Shown in pieces: positions 39,443-52,659 of a DNA stretch of 64,000 nt. The stretch spans positions 40,672,001 through 40,736,000 of the forward strand of contig OX597830.1 in the NCBI GenBank assembly GCA_951406725.2, in the 5' to 3' direction. The notes below the pieces were generated by a model that saw only the letters and a program-made list of their open reading frames with translations, was not told where the DNA came from and ran no database searches. Positions within the stretch are counted from its first letter, which is position 1; each line of letters begins with the position of its first letter. Source of the DNA: Octopus vulgaris (lineage: Eukaryota). The position numbers were made by a program, and so were the translations under genes.

Positions 39443-40409
39443 AGATTCTAAAATATTGTTTGAATGGTAGAACCTGTAGTGAATTTAGTGCCCAACAGGA
39501 TATAATAGTTTGTTTTTGAATTTGGTTTGTAAGATTCTTGATGTGAACTCATATGCTGAAACATATTTTTTTAATCTTGGGTAGGTCATAACACTAACAG
39601 TTAACCATGTAATCAATTAACTAGTTGGTTAAATAACAAAGCAACTGACCAATAATAAAGAAGTGAAATTGAACCAGTGGATGTGTTTATTATTGACACA
39701 ATGACCCTCCCAAGATACAACAAGAACCAACAGATTACAGAGCATTCTTTCTTCTCTTCAGTAAATTTCTCCTCTTCCACATTATTTTTAAAATATTTTA
39801 AATATATAAACACAAGACTTTGATATATCTTCATTACATATTCAAAATATTTGAATATCCATTACTGCTGCTATGATAAATCTATTTGGTTAAGGCACTT
39901 AACTTGTTAGCACTAATGGGTATATAATACATGGCTGTTGTGATTTATCTGACTCTTGAGTTATATTTTGATGCTTGTCTGCAATATTTATTAATGCTTG
40001 TTGGCAGTAATAGTCAATACAGGGGAGATATCACTGTTTACACATGTCAGAAAGGCAAAATTACTGTGAGAAGGTGATGGTGTGTTGTAGTGGAAGAGGT
40101 ATTATGTTTTAACCCAGTCAGATCTGTTTCAACCTGTTCTTTATCTCATATAGAGAGATTTTTAACAAAGGCGCACAAGGACATTGAATTTGTAGAAGAG
40201 TAATGTGTGTGTGTGTGTGTGTGTGTGTGCATGCGTGCGTGTATGTATGTATGATAGATATATGTCATCATCACCATCATTTAACATCCATTTTCCATAG
40301 GTTGGACAGTTTGATAGGAGTTGACCAGCTGAAGGGCTGTTTAGGCTCCCTGTCTGTTTTGGCATGGTTTCTACAGCTGGATCCCCTTCCAAATGCCAAC
40401 CATTATATA

Positions 40410-40445
<36 letters not shown>

Positions 40446-40496
40446 TCAGTAGCCACCACACACAATTTTATTCTCTCCTTGTTTCTTTCTGTGTTC

Positions 40497-40532
40497 CCTT
40501 CTGTGGAAGAGCATAGGCTCGAAATGTAAAAG
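40497..40532 (+). ncRNA. Minimal hammerhead-like motif (family H3), CUGUGGA core variant
   Basis: CCUU-CUGUGGA-A-GAGC(auag)GCUC-GAAA-UG-UA-AAAG. The host element is flanked by (TA)n on both sides. Confidence 0.55.
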
Positions 40533-41530
40533 ACTTTTTCAATTCCCGAGTGTGATACTAATACATCTGTTTGTTTTCTACACCACCTGTCTTCGTCTTT
40601 TGCTTTTTTCGTGAATTCTCCCTATATATATATATGTGTGTGTGATCCTCATTAAATGTCCATGTCTCATGCTGGCCTGGGTAGAACAGTTTGACAAGCT
40701 CTAATGAATCTAAGGACTGTATTGTGCTCCAGAGTCTATTTTGACATGGTTTCTATGGCTGGATTCCCTTCCAAACACAAACTACCTTACAGCATGGACC
40801 AAGTGCTTTTTTCATGCCACCTGCATTATTGAGGTTGCCATACTGTTTGCAGAACTTTGAATTCTTAAGGAGGTAAGGAGGGCTAGTTTCATACTAGGAC
40901 ATGAAGGATTAAGGTATGAGAAAAGGGAGGGCTTGGAGCAAATTCTTGTAGAGGATGTGCACAGCTATCCACATTAAATGGGAGAGGGGAGATGAGAAAA
41001 GAGAAATGATCAGTGGGAAGGACATATACATATAGTTGCTATTATGTTAAAGTGCCGTATGTCCAAATTTGGCCAAATGCGTTTTTTCAATATTTTTGCT
41101 TGCAATAGCCAATTCTTTTGGTCAAACTATCGTGTCTCCAGCTGCTTTAAATGCCAAGATATCAAAAATTGGCAAAGTGTAGTACAACACCTTTGCTATG
41201 GAAGGGTGAAACTATTTTTTTTGTTTTCTGAGAAAGCAATATTTTGGGCTTACAACACTTTTGCATAATAGCAACAATATATGTATATGTGTTAATTGTA
41301 TTAATCAAATTATATTTTCTATATAATTAATGACAAAATGTATTTTGAATCCGCTCTTCGATTTAAGGTTTTTCCTCGATTTTTTAATAATTTATATTGA
41401 ATTCATTTATTTTGTTTATCACATGCTTAAGACCGTTATTTGAAAGGACCAATGAAACAAATCCATTTTTAAAGGTGTATCCTTTAACTAGTTTTGATCA
41501 ACTTGTTATTTCTGTTCTATTTTAACAAAA

Positions 41531-41568
41531 TTGTCCGATGAACAGGAACATGAAACTCTGAGTAACAG
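41531..41568 (+). ncRNA. Minimal hammerhead-like motif (family H5), decayed stem II
   Basis: UUGU-CCGAUGA-ACA(ggaa)CAU-GAAA-CUC(U)GAG-UA-ACAG. Stem II is consistent with CpG decay of ACG/CGU. The downstream sequence matches the reverse complement of about 20465-20505. Confidence 0.5.
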
Positions 41569-41667
41569 CTTTTGTTATATTTCTGCTGCTTTTAAATAAA
41601 GCAATGTATATATATGTATATATGTATGTATATATATATATATATAGATAGATAGATAGATAGATAT

Positions 41668-41714
<47 letters not shown>

Positions 41715-42161
41715 TATAGATAGATAGATAGATACACAGACATGCATGTGTGCGTGTGCGATGGTCTCCTGTCAGTTCCATCAAACAGATCTGTACACAA
41801 GGCTTTGGTCAGGTCATGGCTATAGAAGAAGACACTTACTGAAGCTGCGACACAGTAAACCATTATCATTTTAATGTCCACTTTTCCATGGGATTCATTG
41901 AGCTGAATCTTCTACGGTCAGATGCCTTTCCAGTTGCCAACCCTCACCTGTATCTGAATAAGGTAATATTTCCCCATGACCAGGTATATTTTCTTGAAAG
42001 ATTAGAAATGAATGACACTGCTTGTATGACAGTAACATTCATTTACAATTATCATGCAACGCCAAGAGAATGAGACAGTAATGCATGCACACACACACAC
42101 ACACACACTCACACACACATACAATTCTAGCATCCAATTCAACCTCTTGCCTTCCATTACT

Positions 42162-42358
42162 TGTGATATGTCCCAGTGGCGATACTGTCCAAACCTTCAT
42201 CGCCACTGATATGTCCCATGATGACAACGTATTTCGCCATCTCTACAGGACTGATCCAAACTGTGTACCTTCGCCAACCGACCTTACTGACTGTGACAGT
42301 CCACCATTTATTAGCAGTGGACCAGCCCACTTCTTGCCTGGAGGCATCCGCCTCAACA
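42162..42358 (-). mobile_element. TG..CA-bounded 197-bp insert (solo-LTR-like) splitting an RTE fragment
   Basis: The host reads VEKFKYLETVFTS|SNGRQEVELDARI across the insert, with a 3-bp duplication act. AATAAA is present on the minus strand. Confidence 0.5.
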
Positions 42359-42708
42359 ACTAGTGAATACAGTCTCAAGATACTTAAACTTCTCCACATG
42401 CAGAGTGACTGGGAAAATTTTCTTTAAAGGACCAATGTCTCAGTCCTTTTCTCATCCATGCCTTGCAATATTCAGCAGTGAACCCATTCAATGGAAATTA
42501 ATTTTTGTATATTTGATAAGCATATCTTTAACATTTCTTTGGATATTTGGGGTCCATGCAGATAGAATCATTACCCAGCTAAATAAAAAAATGAGAAATG
42601 GCAGCTAGATCTTCCTTAAATTACATTCTACTGTCTTAAACATAAAAAAGGGGGATATGAAGAATGAAATCCTAGGTTTCCTACATATAGGAAAAAAGGC
42701 AGGATAGT

Positions 42709-42779
42709 CATGACTGGAATGTCTTTTATCATGACTGGAATGTCTTTTATCATAAGACTGGAATGTCTTTTATCATAAG
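42709..42779. repeat. 21-23 bp tandem triplication
   Basis: gactggaatgtcttttatcat three times. Confidence 0.9.
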
Positions 42780-44298
42780 TCTACTCAATTAGAGCTGACC
42801 TGGGGCTACATAACAGCTTATTTTCAAAGAGGTGTTATACTTTACTCAGTATCTTTGTGTCTAGACCATTTAAGAAAAAAATATATGCAAGACTGTTCCT
42901 GGCCAAAGCATTGTTATTTATGGCAATGCCCCAGCATGGCCACAATCTCTGGCTAAAACAACAAGTAGAAGTGTTCTTTTGGGAGATTATTGTGTCAGCT
43001 GTTAAATATTAGCGAAGTTGGATCCATATTTAACAGAAGGAAATTTGCTCAAAAAAAAAAAAGAGAGAAAAACAACAGCAGAAAATAAAGCCTACAAACA
43101 GACTGAAAAACTGAAGCAAAGGTCAGATGAGTTTTTGAGTTGTGAGTGAAAAGAAAAACAATATTATTATGTAGATAGAAGAAGTAAACTGATATTGAAT
43201 TTGTTTACTTAATGTCCAAAAACTAACTTTATTTTATTTACTAACAAGGTTATCCTGACATTTATCTGTCAAAACTCAAATTTTTGTTTGATTGATTTTG
43301 GAGGGTTCTCCTCCTCTAACTCCATGTAAATATTTGAAGAAATAAAATTGACAAGGTATGTTAGCTTGCTTCTCCATTAATAATAACAGCAGCAAGCAAC
43401 TTAATATGATGAAAATGAAAAAAAAAAAAAATTATTTTCAGCAAATGACAGTAAGCCCCTATCATAACAGTAATTCTAAATACAAGAAAATAGGATTTTT
43501 TTTTTTTTCAGAATGAAAACAAACCCAGATACTTATAACAAAATATTAAAAAAATAAAAGATGGTTGGGTTTTTTTTTTTACATAAAATATTTCTAAAAT
43601 AAAACAATAAAAGAAATAAAATAAGTTCCTTCCAAATTTTTTTCCACAAAAAGTATAAAATAAAATATAATGAAATTTCTCTTTAATTTGAAGAGGCAGA
43701 GAGAGAAAAGATAAGCAAGATGGCTGACTAAAGCTGCATATAATAATAGTAATAATAATAATAATAATAATATGGCTGTTTTATGCAGAAATGCTTATGA
43801 AATATCCCTGCTGGATTCAGTAATAGCAGTGAAGACAACAAGCAGAGAAACATGAAATTGATCATTTACTGGTGTAAACAGTATCATTGATTTACTCCAG
43901 AGTCAATGGATGCTAAAGGATGCTTAAATTGAAAGAAGACTCTGATTTAATCTTTCCATCTTCCACGTATTTTTGTTCATTTTTTTCCCCCCATTGTTGA
44001 ATCTGTTGGTGTTGTTTAAATCTTTTAAAAGGTAATGGTGTTCTTTTTCTTTTGTTTAGTTTTTGTTGATGCTGTTTGTTTGTTTACTTAGTTATATATT
44101 TATTTCCAATAACATACCATATCATAACCCAATCTGGAGAATTTCAAATATCTTTATATTATAGTTTCTTTATTTTTCCCTCCCCACCAAAAATAGGAAA
44201 ATACAAACTATTTATTCAAATGCATTTTTAAATTAATTTTCCAATAAAACATTTGAAGAAATTTCACCCTCTTTCTCCCTTTCTCAATCCATCCATCC

Positions 44299-44394
<96 letters not shown>

Positions 44395-44600
44395 CTAATG
44401 GTAAAGAAATGTTTGAATACAGATGGCAATGTGGTATGGAGTCAGAAAGAGGTAGATGGAGGTGAGTGCAACATTAGCTTGTACTGGAGTTACAATGGTT
44501 GGCCTAAGGGCAAAGATGAGTCAGTTTTGAGGGGATAGATAAAGTAAACTGAGGAACAAAGAAAGATAGAGGCAAATAAATAAATATAGATAGATAGACC

Positions 44601-44642
<42 letters not shown>

Positions 44643-45706
44643 TAAACAGATAGATAGATAGATAGATAGATAGAGAGAGAGATAAAGATATATATAGATA
44701 TATAGATACATACATACAATCAGATAGACAGATGAATGGAAAGTTATACACATGCATGCATGCATACATAAATTCATACAGACAGACACGAATAGAAAGT
44801 TATATACATACATGCATACATACATAAATACATACATGCGTATGTACATACATACATACATACATACATGGATAGATAGATACATATATAGATGCATTGA
44901 TAGAGACAGATACATAGATACATACATACACAGACAGACAGACAGACAGACAGATAGATAGATACATACATACATACATACATACATACATACATACATA
45001 GATGCATAGATACATGGATACATGGATAGATAGACAGACAGACAGACGGAGGGACAGGCAGACAAACAGATGAAAATGAAAGAAAATTAGAAGGAATAAG
45101 GAAAAAGATGGGAAGGAAGAGAGAGAAAGAGAGATGGAAATGATGAAAGAGTAGGAAAACATGTTTTTGAAAATACAAAGAAGAAAGATAGATCAACCAA
45201 CAAACTAACCAACAAGTAAAATAAAATTAAATAAGGAAAAAAATAACAGAAAAATAAAGCAAAAAAATATAACAACATATACACAGACAGAAAATTTAAA
45301 TGAAAGATTGAGGTTAAGGAATTACTTTCAGACAATAAATGAAATTTATGAAAGTAGAATTTAATGAGTAAATAAATTTTAAGGAAATCTGTAACGTACT
45401 CTTCTCAAAATACAGAACAATTTAAGCCCAAAGAATAACGAAACTTGATTTCATTTAGTGAATGAAATAAAAAAAAAAATTGGTAAGGAAAAAAATAATC
45501 AATATACTTGGTGCAGTGAATTTAGTGTTCATTAGATAAGAAATATATTGGGGGGGGGGGGGCGTTTGGAGGAGGAGGTTTACATTGCAAAAGTATTTTT
45601 AAATTCAAATTGTAATTTAATTTATTTTTTTAAATTCTAACTTCAAAAAAAGTTTTAGCCCTTTCAATTTTAGATTAGAAATAACATTTTTATAACTGGG
45701 ATATTG

Positions 45707-45755
<49 letters not shown>

Positions 45756-46065
45756 TACATACACACACACACATATATATATGCATATGTATAAATATAT
45801 ATATATGTGTATATAAACACACACACATATATATATACCTGCACGTGTGTGTATGGTACATGTATATTTGCATAATTTGTATATATATCTCTTCTTTATG
45901 TATGTAAATATATATATAACATGAATATGTGAACACATGCATGCAAACATGCACATACATATACATATATACACACACAAATGCACATAGTTGTGTTTGC
46001 CTATGCATTAATACACTATATGTGTGTGTATATATACATACACACACACACATATATATACACAC

Positions 46066-46104
<39 letters not shown>

Positions 46105-46134
46105 TGTATATACATAAATATATATACATAAATG

Positions 46135-46176
<42 letters not shown>

Positions 46177-47245
46177 TGTATATATATATATGTGTGTGTG
46201 TGTTGTGTATACATACAAATATACATGCATTTTCTTCTTTGCTCTTTCATTTTTCTTTTCGCTTTATTTATTTCATTTCCATTTATCACATTTCTAGAGA
46301 TAAGGTGACAAACTAATAATGTTTACAAAAATGCTACAAAAGAAAACATTGTCAATATCTAGACAGAACATTACCTGAGGAATGCTATCACCTCAGTTGA
46401 ACATTTTAAATAGACAATACAAATTTCACAAATTTTCATCTATTTATTGCTTTTTGTTCTCGTTTTAATGTTTTTGGAGTCTTTCACTCTCCATATTTTA
46501 TTTTTATTTTTTATAGCAAAAGCCTAAAAAATGCTTGGAAACTGTTTTCCTTCTTATGACACTATTCTGTTTGAGATGAGTTATCAGGAAATGTAATAGA
46601 AATTTTTCAGAATATAATTGACCTACAAGGAGCTAAATGGCATGGAATTGAAGTATTAGGACATTGAACCTCAGCATTTGAACTAAAGGTTTTCGGGTTC
46701 AAATAATAGCTAATGGGATATATTTATTACATGCATATTGACCTAATAATGCATGGCATATGGTAGACAGAAGCTTTGCGTGAGTGTGTGTGTGTGTGTA
46801 TGTGTGTTTGTGTGTGTGTGTGTGTGTGTGTTGTGTGTGCACCTAAGCAGGTATTGGTACGCAATGCAGTTCTTGGAGCTGCCCCATCCAGTTAGGTCAT
46901 TGAAACCATACCAGCATGGAAGATGGATGTTACAAGATGATCACACACACACACACACACACACATATCATCATCATCATCAAACGTCCGTTTTCCATGC
47001 TGGCATGGGTTGGACGGTTTGACTGAAAACTGGCATGTTATATATGTGTGTAAATATATATATATATGTCAAGCTCATTTGTGTTTAGCTGCATTGCTAC
47101 CACTGTGTGTGTGTGTGTGTGTGTGTCTGTGTGCGTGTATGTATTTATATGCATATATATGTGTAGTGGCTTGCCAGGTCCTGTGAAACAATGCAACTCT
47201 TGCTAGCATGGAAAACAGACATAATAATGGTTATGTTTGTGTGCA

Positions 47246-47300
<55 letters not shown>

Positions 47301-47639
47301 TAAATGAGTAGCAAAGAGGTACAGGTGTCAATTCATTATGGCTGCTCCAAGTGACTCCTTAGGTGTGCATATTACTCTAACCTAACAAGCTGCCTCAATT
47401 TAAGTACCTAATTCAACTGAAACTTAATTGTATTATATATATATGGCACGTAAAATGCACCCACTACACTCTCGGAGTGGTTGACATTAGGAAAGGCATC
47501 CAGCTGTAGAAACTCTGCCAAATCAAGAATTGGAGCCTAGTGCAGCCATCTGGTTCGCCAGCCCTCAGTCAAAATTGTCCAACCCATGCTAGCATGGAAA
47601 GCGGACGTTAAACCATGATGATGATGATGATGTCCATTT

Positions 47640-48575
47640 ATTGATCTCCATCTACCAATCGTGGGAAGACCAAGAGGATAGAGCCCTCAGGCATCTCCTC
47701 CATAGGATCCTATCAGAAACAACTCTCATTAGCCTATGGGCATTAGCCAATTAGCTCAGTCTTGGTCTACTCCTAGCCTCTTGTCATTTGGCTTAGCTTG
47801 AAGAATTCCTCTTGCAATGCTTCTAATCACTTGTCTGCAGTACCAGAGTTATGACCTCTGAAAGTGGAATCTTGACCTTGAGAGACTCTCTGAGCTCCAA
47901 GTTATTTTCCTTGTCAAATAATTTTACTCCAAAGACCCTTTGGAGGAATTCCATTTGAACCATTTGTATTTGGTGATTCTACTCTTTCGGTCATTGCCCA
48001 ACATTCATGACTATAAATAAGGATAGGTACCAAAAAAACCCTTGTGAAGGTAGCAAATTGGGGGGGGGGGGTTTAAACCACTCTCTTCTTCTTCTTCTTC
48101 TTCTTCTTCTTCTTCTTCTTCTTCTTCTTCTTCTAAGGATTGAATGCTAAAGATGGTATATGATTGTGTGTCAGCACCTATAATTTTAGTATCAAATTTA
48201 GCTTCCTGCTTCCCATTACTCATGAATACAGCCCTGAGATACTTAAACTTTTGCACCAGCCCACTAGCTTCAGGGAAGCTCCACTAACATGCAGAGTGCA
48301 TGAGAGGACCAATTTCTCAGTCTTCGCAACACTAATTCTTATCCTTGCCTTGCAGCGCTTGGCAGTGAACCCATTCAATGCATGCTGGAGATTACCTACT
48401 GACAGACCAACTGGCACCATATCATCTGCAAATAACACCTGACTGATCCTACACTCACCGATTGTGATATCACTTGCACAATCGCTGCACATATCAATCC
48501 AGTTCATAGAAATTATGAAAAGGACAAGTGACAATATGCACCATTGCCAAAGTTCAACATTGAAAGCTTTTCACA
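47640..48575 (-). pseudogene. RTE-clade LINE RT/C-terminal fragment interrupted by (TTC)n
   Basis: LSLVLFIISMNWI..SQVLFADDMV..LQHALNGF..FKYLRAVFMSNG. Confidence 0.85.
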
Positions 48576-48750
48576 TAATAGCACCATTTACCTGAACACA
48601 GTGATATATACATACATGTGTGTGTATATGTACACATGCATATGCCTGTATATGTATATTTGTATGTGTGTAGATGTATGATGTATGTATGTGTATGTGT
48701 CTTGCATATGTTTGAGTATGTGTGACTGTGCGTCTATAAGTATGTGTATG

Positions 48751-48814
<64 letters not shown>

Positions 48815-49659
48815 TGAGTGAGCGTGAGGGTGAACACATGCATGTGTATGTGTTTTACACAGTTGTGGATTCATATTTACACACATGAAGACACATTCCT
48901 CTAACTGATCATATATGAAGATAAAATGCTATCAGTTTCCTCGGCTAATTTTGACTCAGAATAGTGTTAACCTGCTCATTTATCAGAAGACCAGACAGAC
49001 ATACCAACAGCACCAATCCTCTCAGATTACATGACTTCTTCACATGGGCATCAGAGGGAGCATAATACACCAATAATTAGACAAGTATGCCACTGCACAT
49101 TGCTACCATAGTTGTCCCTAAAACATCACATGACTCCTTCACACTTTTCAATTTATGTTCTTCAATTCATGTCTTTCCCTCACAACCCTGATATGAGCCT
49201 ACCATTCTGTACATGAAAGGAAATTTAACTTTTTCCCTTTAGCAGAGACACAAGTGTTCACAAGCATTCTCAAGCATGAGATGAACCATCAATAAATCTA
49301 AGGGCATTAAATATTTTACTTTATTTTATTCTATTTCACTCCATTCCATTTCCTTGAAAAATCTGATGACATTCTGTATCTCATCCTCATCATGATCATC
49401 ATTTGGCTTCTATTTTCCATGCTGGCATGGGTTAAACAGCTTGATTGAAACAGTGCTGTGTCTTTTCATCTGACGTTACTTCGTCAAAGATCTTTTCTTC
49501 CATGTCTTTTGGTCTGACGTCCTTTTGTCTGATGATCTTTTTGACCAACGACAAATCCTATACAGTTGTATATTTAAGAGATGATGACTTATGCACGTTA
49601 TTTATATTATTTACATTATTTACATTTGACGGATATTTGTCCTCATCTTGTTTATTGTT

Positions 49660-49705
49660 AATACAACGTTTCGGCTGATATATCTTCCAGCCTTCTTCAG
49701 GTGTC
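49660..49705 (-). ncRNA. Minimal type-I hammerhead ribozyme motif (Penelope-like family H1), intact core
   Basis: The minus strand reads GACAC-CUGAAGA-A-GGCUG(gaagauauau)CAGCC-GAAA-CG-UU-GUAUU. It has the CUGANGA and GAAA core, a 5-bp stem II, a palindromic ACGU stem III and a stem I with one mismatch. Confidence 0.8.
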
Positions 49706-49740
49706 TTAGGAATGAGAACCCAAGTTTGTAATTTCCCCAA

Positions 49741-49786
49741 GACACCTGAAGAACGCTGGAGGGTATATCAGCCGAAACATTGTGTT
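49741..49786 (+). ncRNA. Minimal hammerhead motif (family H1), partly decayed
   Basis: GACAC-CUGAAGA-A-cGCUG(gaggguauau)CAGCC-GAAA-CA-UU-GUGUU. This is the inverted twin of 49660-49705, with lesions at the base of stem II and in stem III. Confidence 0.7.
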
Positions 49787-50392
49787 AACAACAAACAAGA
49801 TGAGGACAAATATCCGTCAAATGTAAATCATGTAAATAATGTAAATAATGGACAAATCCTATCAATAAAATTCTCAATGGTTATTTGATTTTGATGTTCA
49901 CCTTCTTTTCTAAAGAGTTTATTTAAAATTGGTCAAAAAAGTTGTTGGACAAAAAAAATCATCAAACAAAAAGACGTCGGACCAAAACACATGGACAAAG
50001 TGACATCAGATGAAAAGTCGGGTCACGGACTGAAACTAGTAAGCTGGAGAGCTGTACCAAGTTCCAATCTGATTTGGCATGATTTCTATGGTTTGATGCC
50101 TTTCCTAATACCAACCACTCCAACTGTGTAATGGGTGATTTTTACATGCCACAGGCTTGGATGCTAGTCACATGACACCAGCATCAGCCACAACTGTTAT
50201 TTCACTTGGCTTGTCAAGTCTTCTCAAGTAAAGCATATCACCAAAAACTAAGGAAGAATACTTCCATTTCTTCTGACTAACCTTATTATTGATACAAATA
50301 TACAGCAAGATCTGAGTTCAGAACATAAAAGGTAAAAGAACTGCAAGGCATTTTGTCCCATGCACCAATTATTATTATTATTATTTACCCCA

Positions 50393-51442
50393 GTGACACT
50401 GAGGTAAAATATACGAACCCCAGTATACTCATCTTGGCTACCCGTCTGATAAGGGTACACCAGCCACATGCATCACAGCCCCATGTGCACGACATAGTGA
50501 TCTTATATCAAAATAAATAGCACATGACCTTGCAGGTGGGGTCCAGTTAGAATTTTCTTCAGGTCAAGAAACCCATCCCACTCAAAAGGTCCCTGAGTAA
50601 GGGTTGTTTAAAGATGTTAAATGAAACACCAGTGTTTCCAAAGGTGAATTATTCAAACCCCAATGAATTCCTCTCAATACATGGCTAGGAGGCTCCCCCA
50701 CTACTTCTTCTCATGATCAACTGGTTAAGGTCAAAAAACTTTTAAGCAAATCTGTGGTATTGAACAGAATATTTGCTGTAGCACATTTTTTATACCAAGA
50801 CAAAATATGTACATGATAAGACTTCCAATTAGTTAAGATCAAAAGTCATGAGGGCCACTATCTGGTACTGCATCAAGGCATTTATTGTTGTTGTTGTTGT
50901 TTATTGAGAGAGAAGCACATGCCATCAAAATGACACTGGGGTACAGATATATGAAGCCCAATATACCCATCATGGCCATACCTCTGATGAGGGTACACCA
51001 GGCAAATGCATTGCAACCATATGTGAGTTCATAATGGTACTTCATATCAAGATAAACAATGCATGACCTTGCAAGGTAGGGCCTTGTTAAACTTTTCTTC
51101 AGGTCGAGTTGCCTATCCTTCTCAAAAGGTCCTTCAACAAGGTTTCTTTAAGGATGATGAACAAAACACTCATGTTTCCAAGGATGAATTATTCAAACCC
51201 CAAAGGATTCCTCTCAACACATGGCTACAATTTTCCCCCCGCTACTTCTACTCATGATCAGAGATGCACATATCATCATCCACTAAGGAAAATGCTCAAC
51301 TGGTTATGGTCAAGCATCTGACAAACAAATTTGTGGTATTGAGCAGAATATTTGCTGTAGCCCATCTTTTATACCAAGACAAAACGCACACATGTTAACA
51401 CTTCCAATCAGTTAAGATTAGGATCCATGAGAGCCACTGCCT
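50393..51442. repeat. Two diverged tandem copies of an unclassified repeat of about 490 bp (50393-50880, 50931-51442) between (TTA/TTG)n tracts
   Basis: Colinear matches include gacactg.ggta.a.atata.gaa, catgaccttgca.ggt.ggg, gaattattcaaacccca and gaatatttgctgtagc. Confidence 0.8.
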
Positions 51443-51521
51443 TATTATTATTGTTGTTGTTGTTGTTGTTATTGTTATTATTATTATTATTATCATTATT
51501 ATTATTATTATTATTATTATC

Positions 51522-51556
<35 letters not shown>

Positions 51557-51559
51557 CAT

Positions 51560-51958
51560 CATCATCATCATCGTCATCATCCTTTAACGTCCGTTTTCCG
51601 CGCTAGCATGGGTTGGACTGTTCGACCGGGGTCTGGGAAGCCAGGGGCTGCACCAGGCTCCAGTCTGATCTGGCAGAGTTTCTACAGCTGGATGCCCTTC
51701 CTAACGCCAACCACTCCGCGAGTATAGTGGGTGCTTTTTACGTGCCACCTGCACAGGTGCCAGGGGGGTCCGGCATCGGCCATGATCGGTTGGTGCTTTT
51801 AACGTGCCACCGACACGGAAGCCAGCCAAGGTGGCGCTGGCATCAGCCACGTTCGGATGGTGCTTTTTATGTGCCACTGGCACTGGAGCCAGTCGAGGCG
51901 GCGCTGGCAATGGCCACATTCGGATGGTGCTTTTTTATGTGCCACCAGCACAGGTATC
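51560..51958 (-). mobile_element. RTE-3'UTR-type element, young CpG-rich copy
   Basis: Same family as 13056 and 60121. It retains many CpGs and sits between (TAA)n tracts. Confidence 0.8.
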
Positions 51959-51962
51959 ACAA

Positions 51963-52019
<57 letters not shown>

Positions 52020-52475
52020 CTTTTCTACTAAAGGCACAAGGCCTGAAATTTCGGGGAATTACATCAACCCCAGTGCTTAACCAGTACTTGTTTCATCAGC
52101 CTTGAAAGAATGAAAGACAAAGTTGACTTCAGAGGAATTCGAATGCAAACCATAAAAGCCAAAGAAATATTAACAATTCTACTAAGTGCACCCTTGATGA
52201 TGATTATGATGATGATAAAAAATACTAAGTTTATGAGATTTACATGGCTGGCTGCTGTCTTCAGTGAAGTATCATGTTGCCTTTAGCAACACCTATGTTT
52301 ACACAAATGACTAGACAACTTTCATTCTTCTGTACTAATTCATTTACAGGGAAATGTTTTTGTTTTTGTTTTTTGTTTTTTTTTCATAATTTTACTCAGA
52401 TAAATTGATTTATGATGAACACATAGATACACACTATCAGTTCTGCTACTGAAAATATGTATGTATATAAGTGTG

Positions 52476-52543
<68 letters not shown>

Positions 52544-52626
52544 TATATATATATATATATACATATGTGTGTGTGTGTGTGAGTGTGTGTGCTTCTCCTC
52601 CGGATTTATGCATTTCTACAAACAAG

Positions 52627-52659
<33 letters not shown>

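Larger units (their letters stand above)
49562..49850. mobile_element. Palindromic non-autonomous Penelope-like insertion with a 12-bp TSD
   Basis: Inverted arms at about 49600-49707 and 49739-49849 are flanked by the direct repeat gacaaatcctat at 49550-49561 and 49851-49862. Confidence 0.75.
49455..50028. mobile_element. Long-TIR MITE-like element hosting the H1 palindrome
   Basis: ttttcatctgacgttactt..ggtctgacgtccttttgtctgatgat..ccaac (49463-49549) is the inverse of gttggac..atcatcaaacaaaaagacgtcggacc..aagtgacatcagatgaaaa (49945-50016). Confidence 0.6.

Noticed and set aside
41047-41487. TTAA-AG..CT-TTAA Kolobok-like element
   Set aside because: Terminal complementarity beyond 2 bp is not visible, so it cannot be supported without a consensus.
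43432-43456. Plus-strand ttttcag|caaatgaca|gtaagc 9-nt microexon
   Set aside because: The upstream sequence is poly-A rather than a pyrimidine tract, and it is on the opposite strand to the better candidates.
46368-46440. Minus-strand donor cag|gtaatg with a small ctgagg/cctcag hairpin
   Set aside because: No pyrimidine tract precedes any candidate acceptor, and the peptide is unremarkable.
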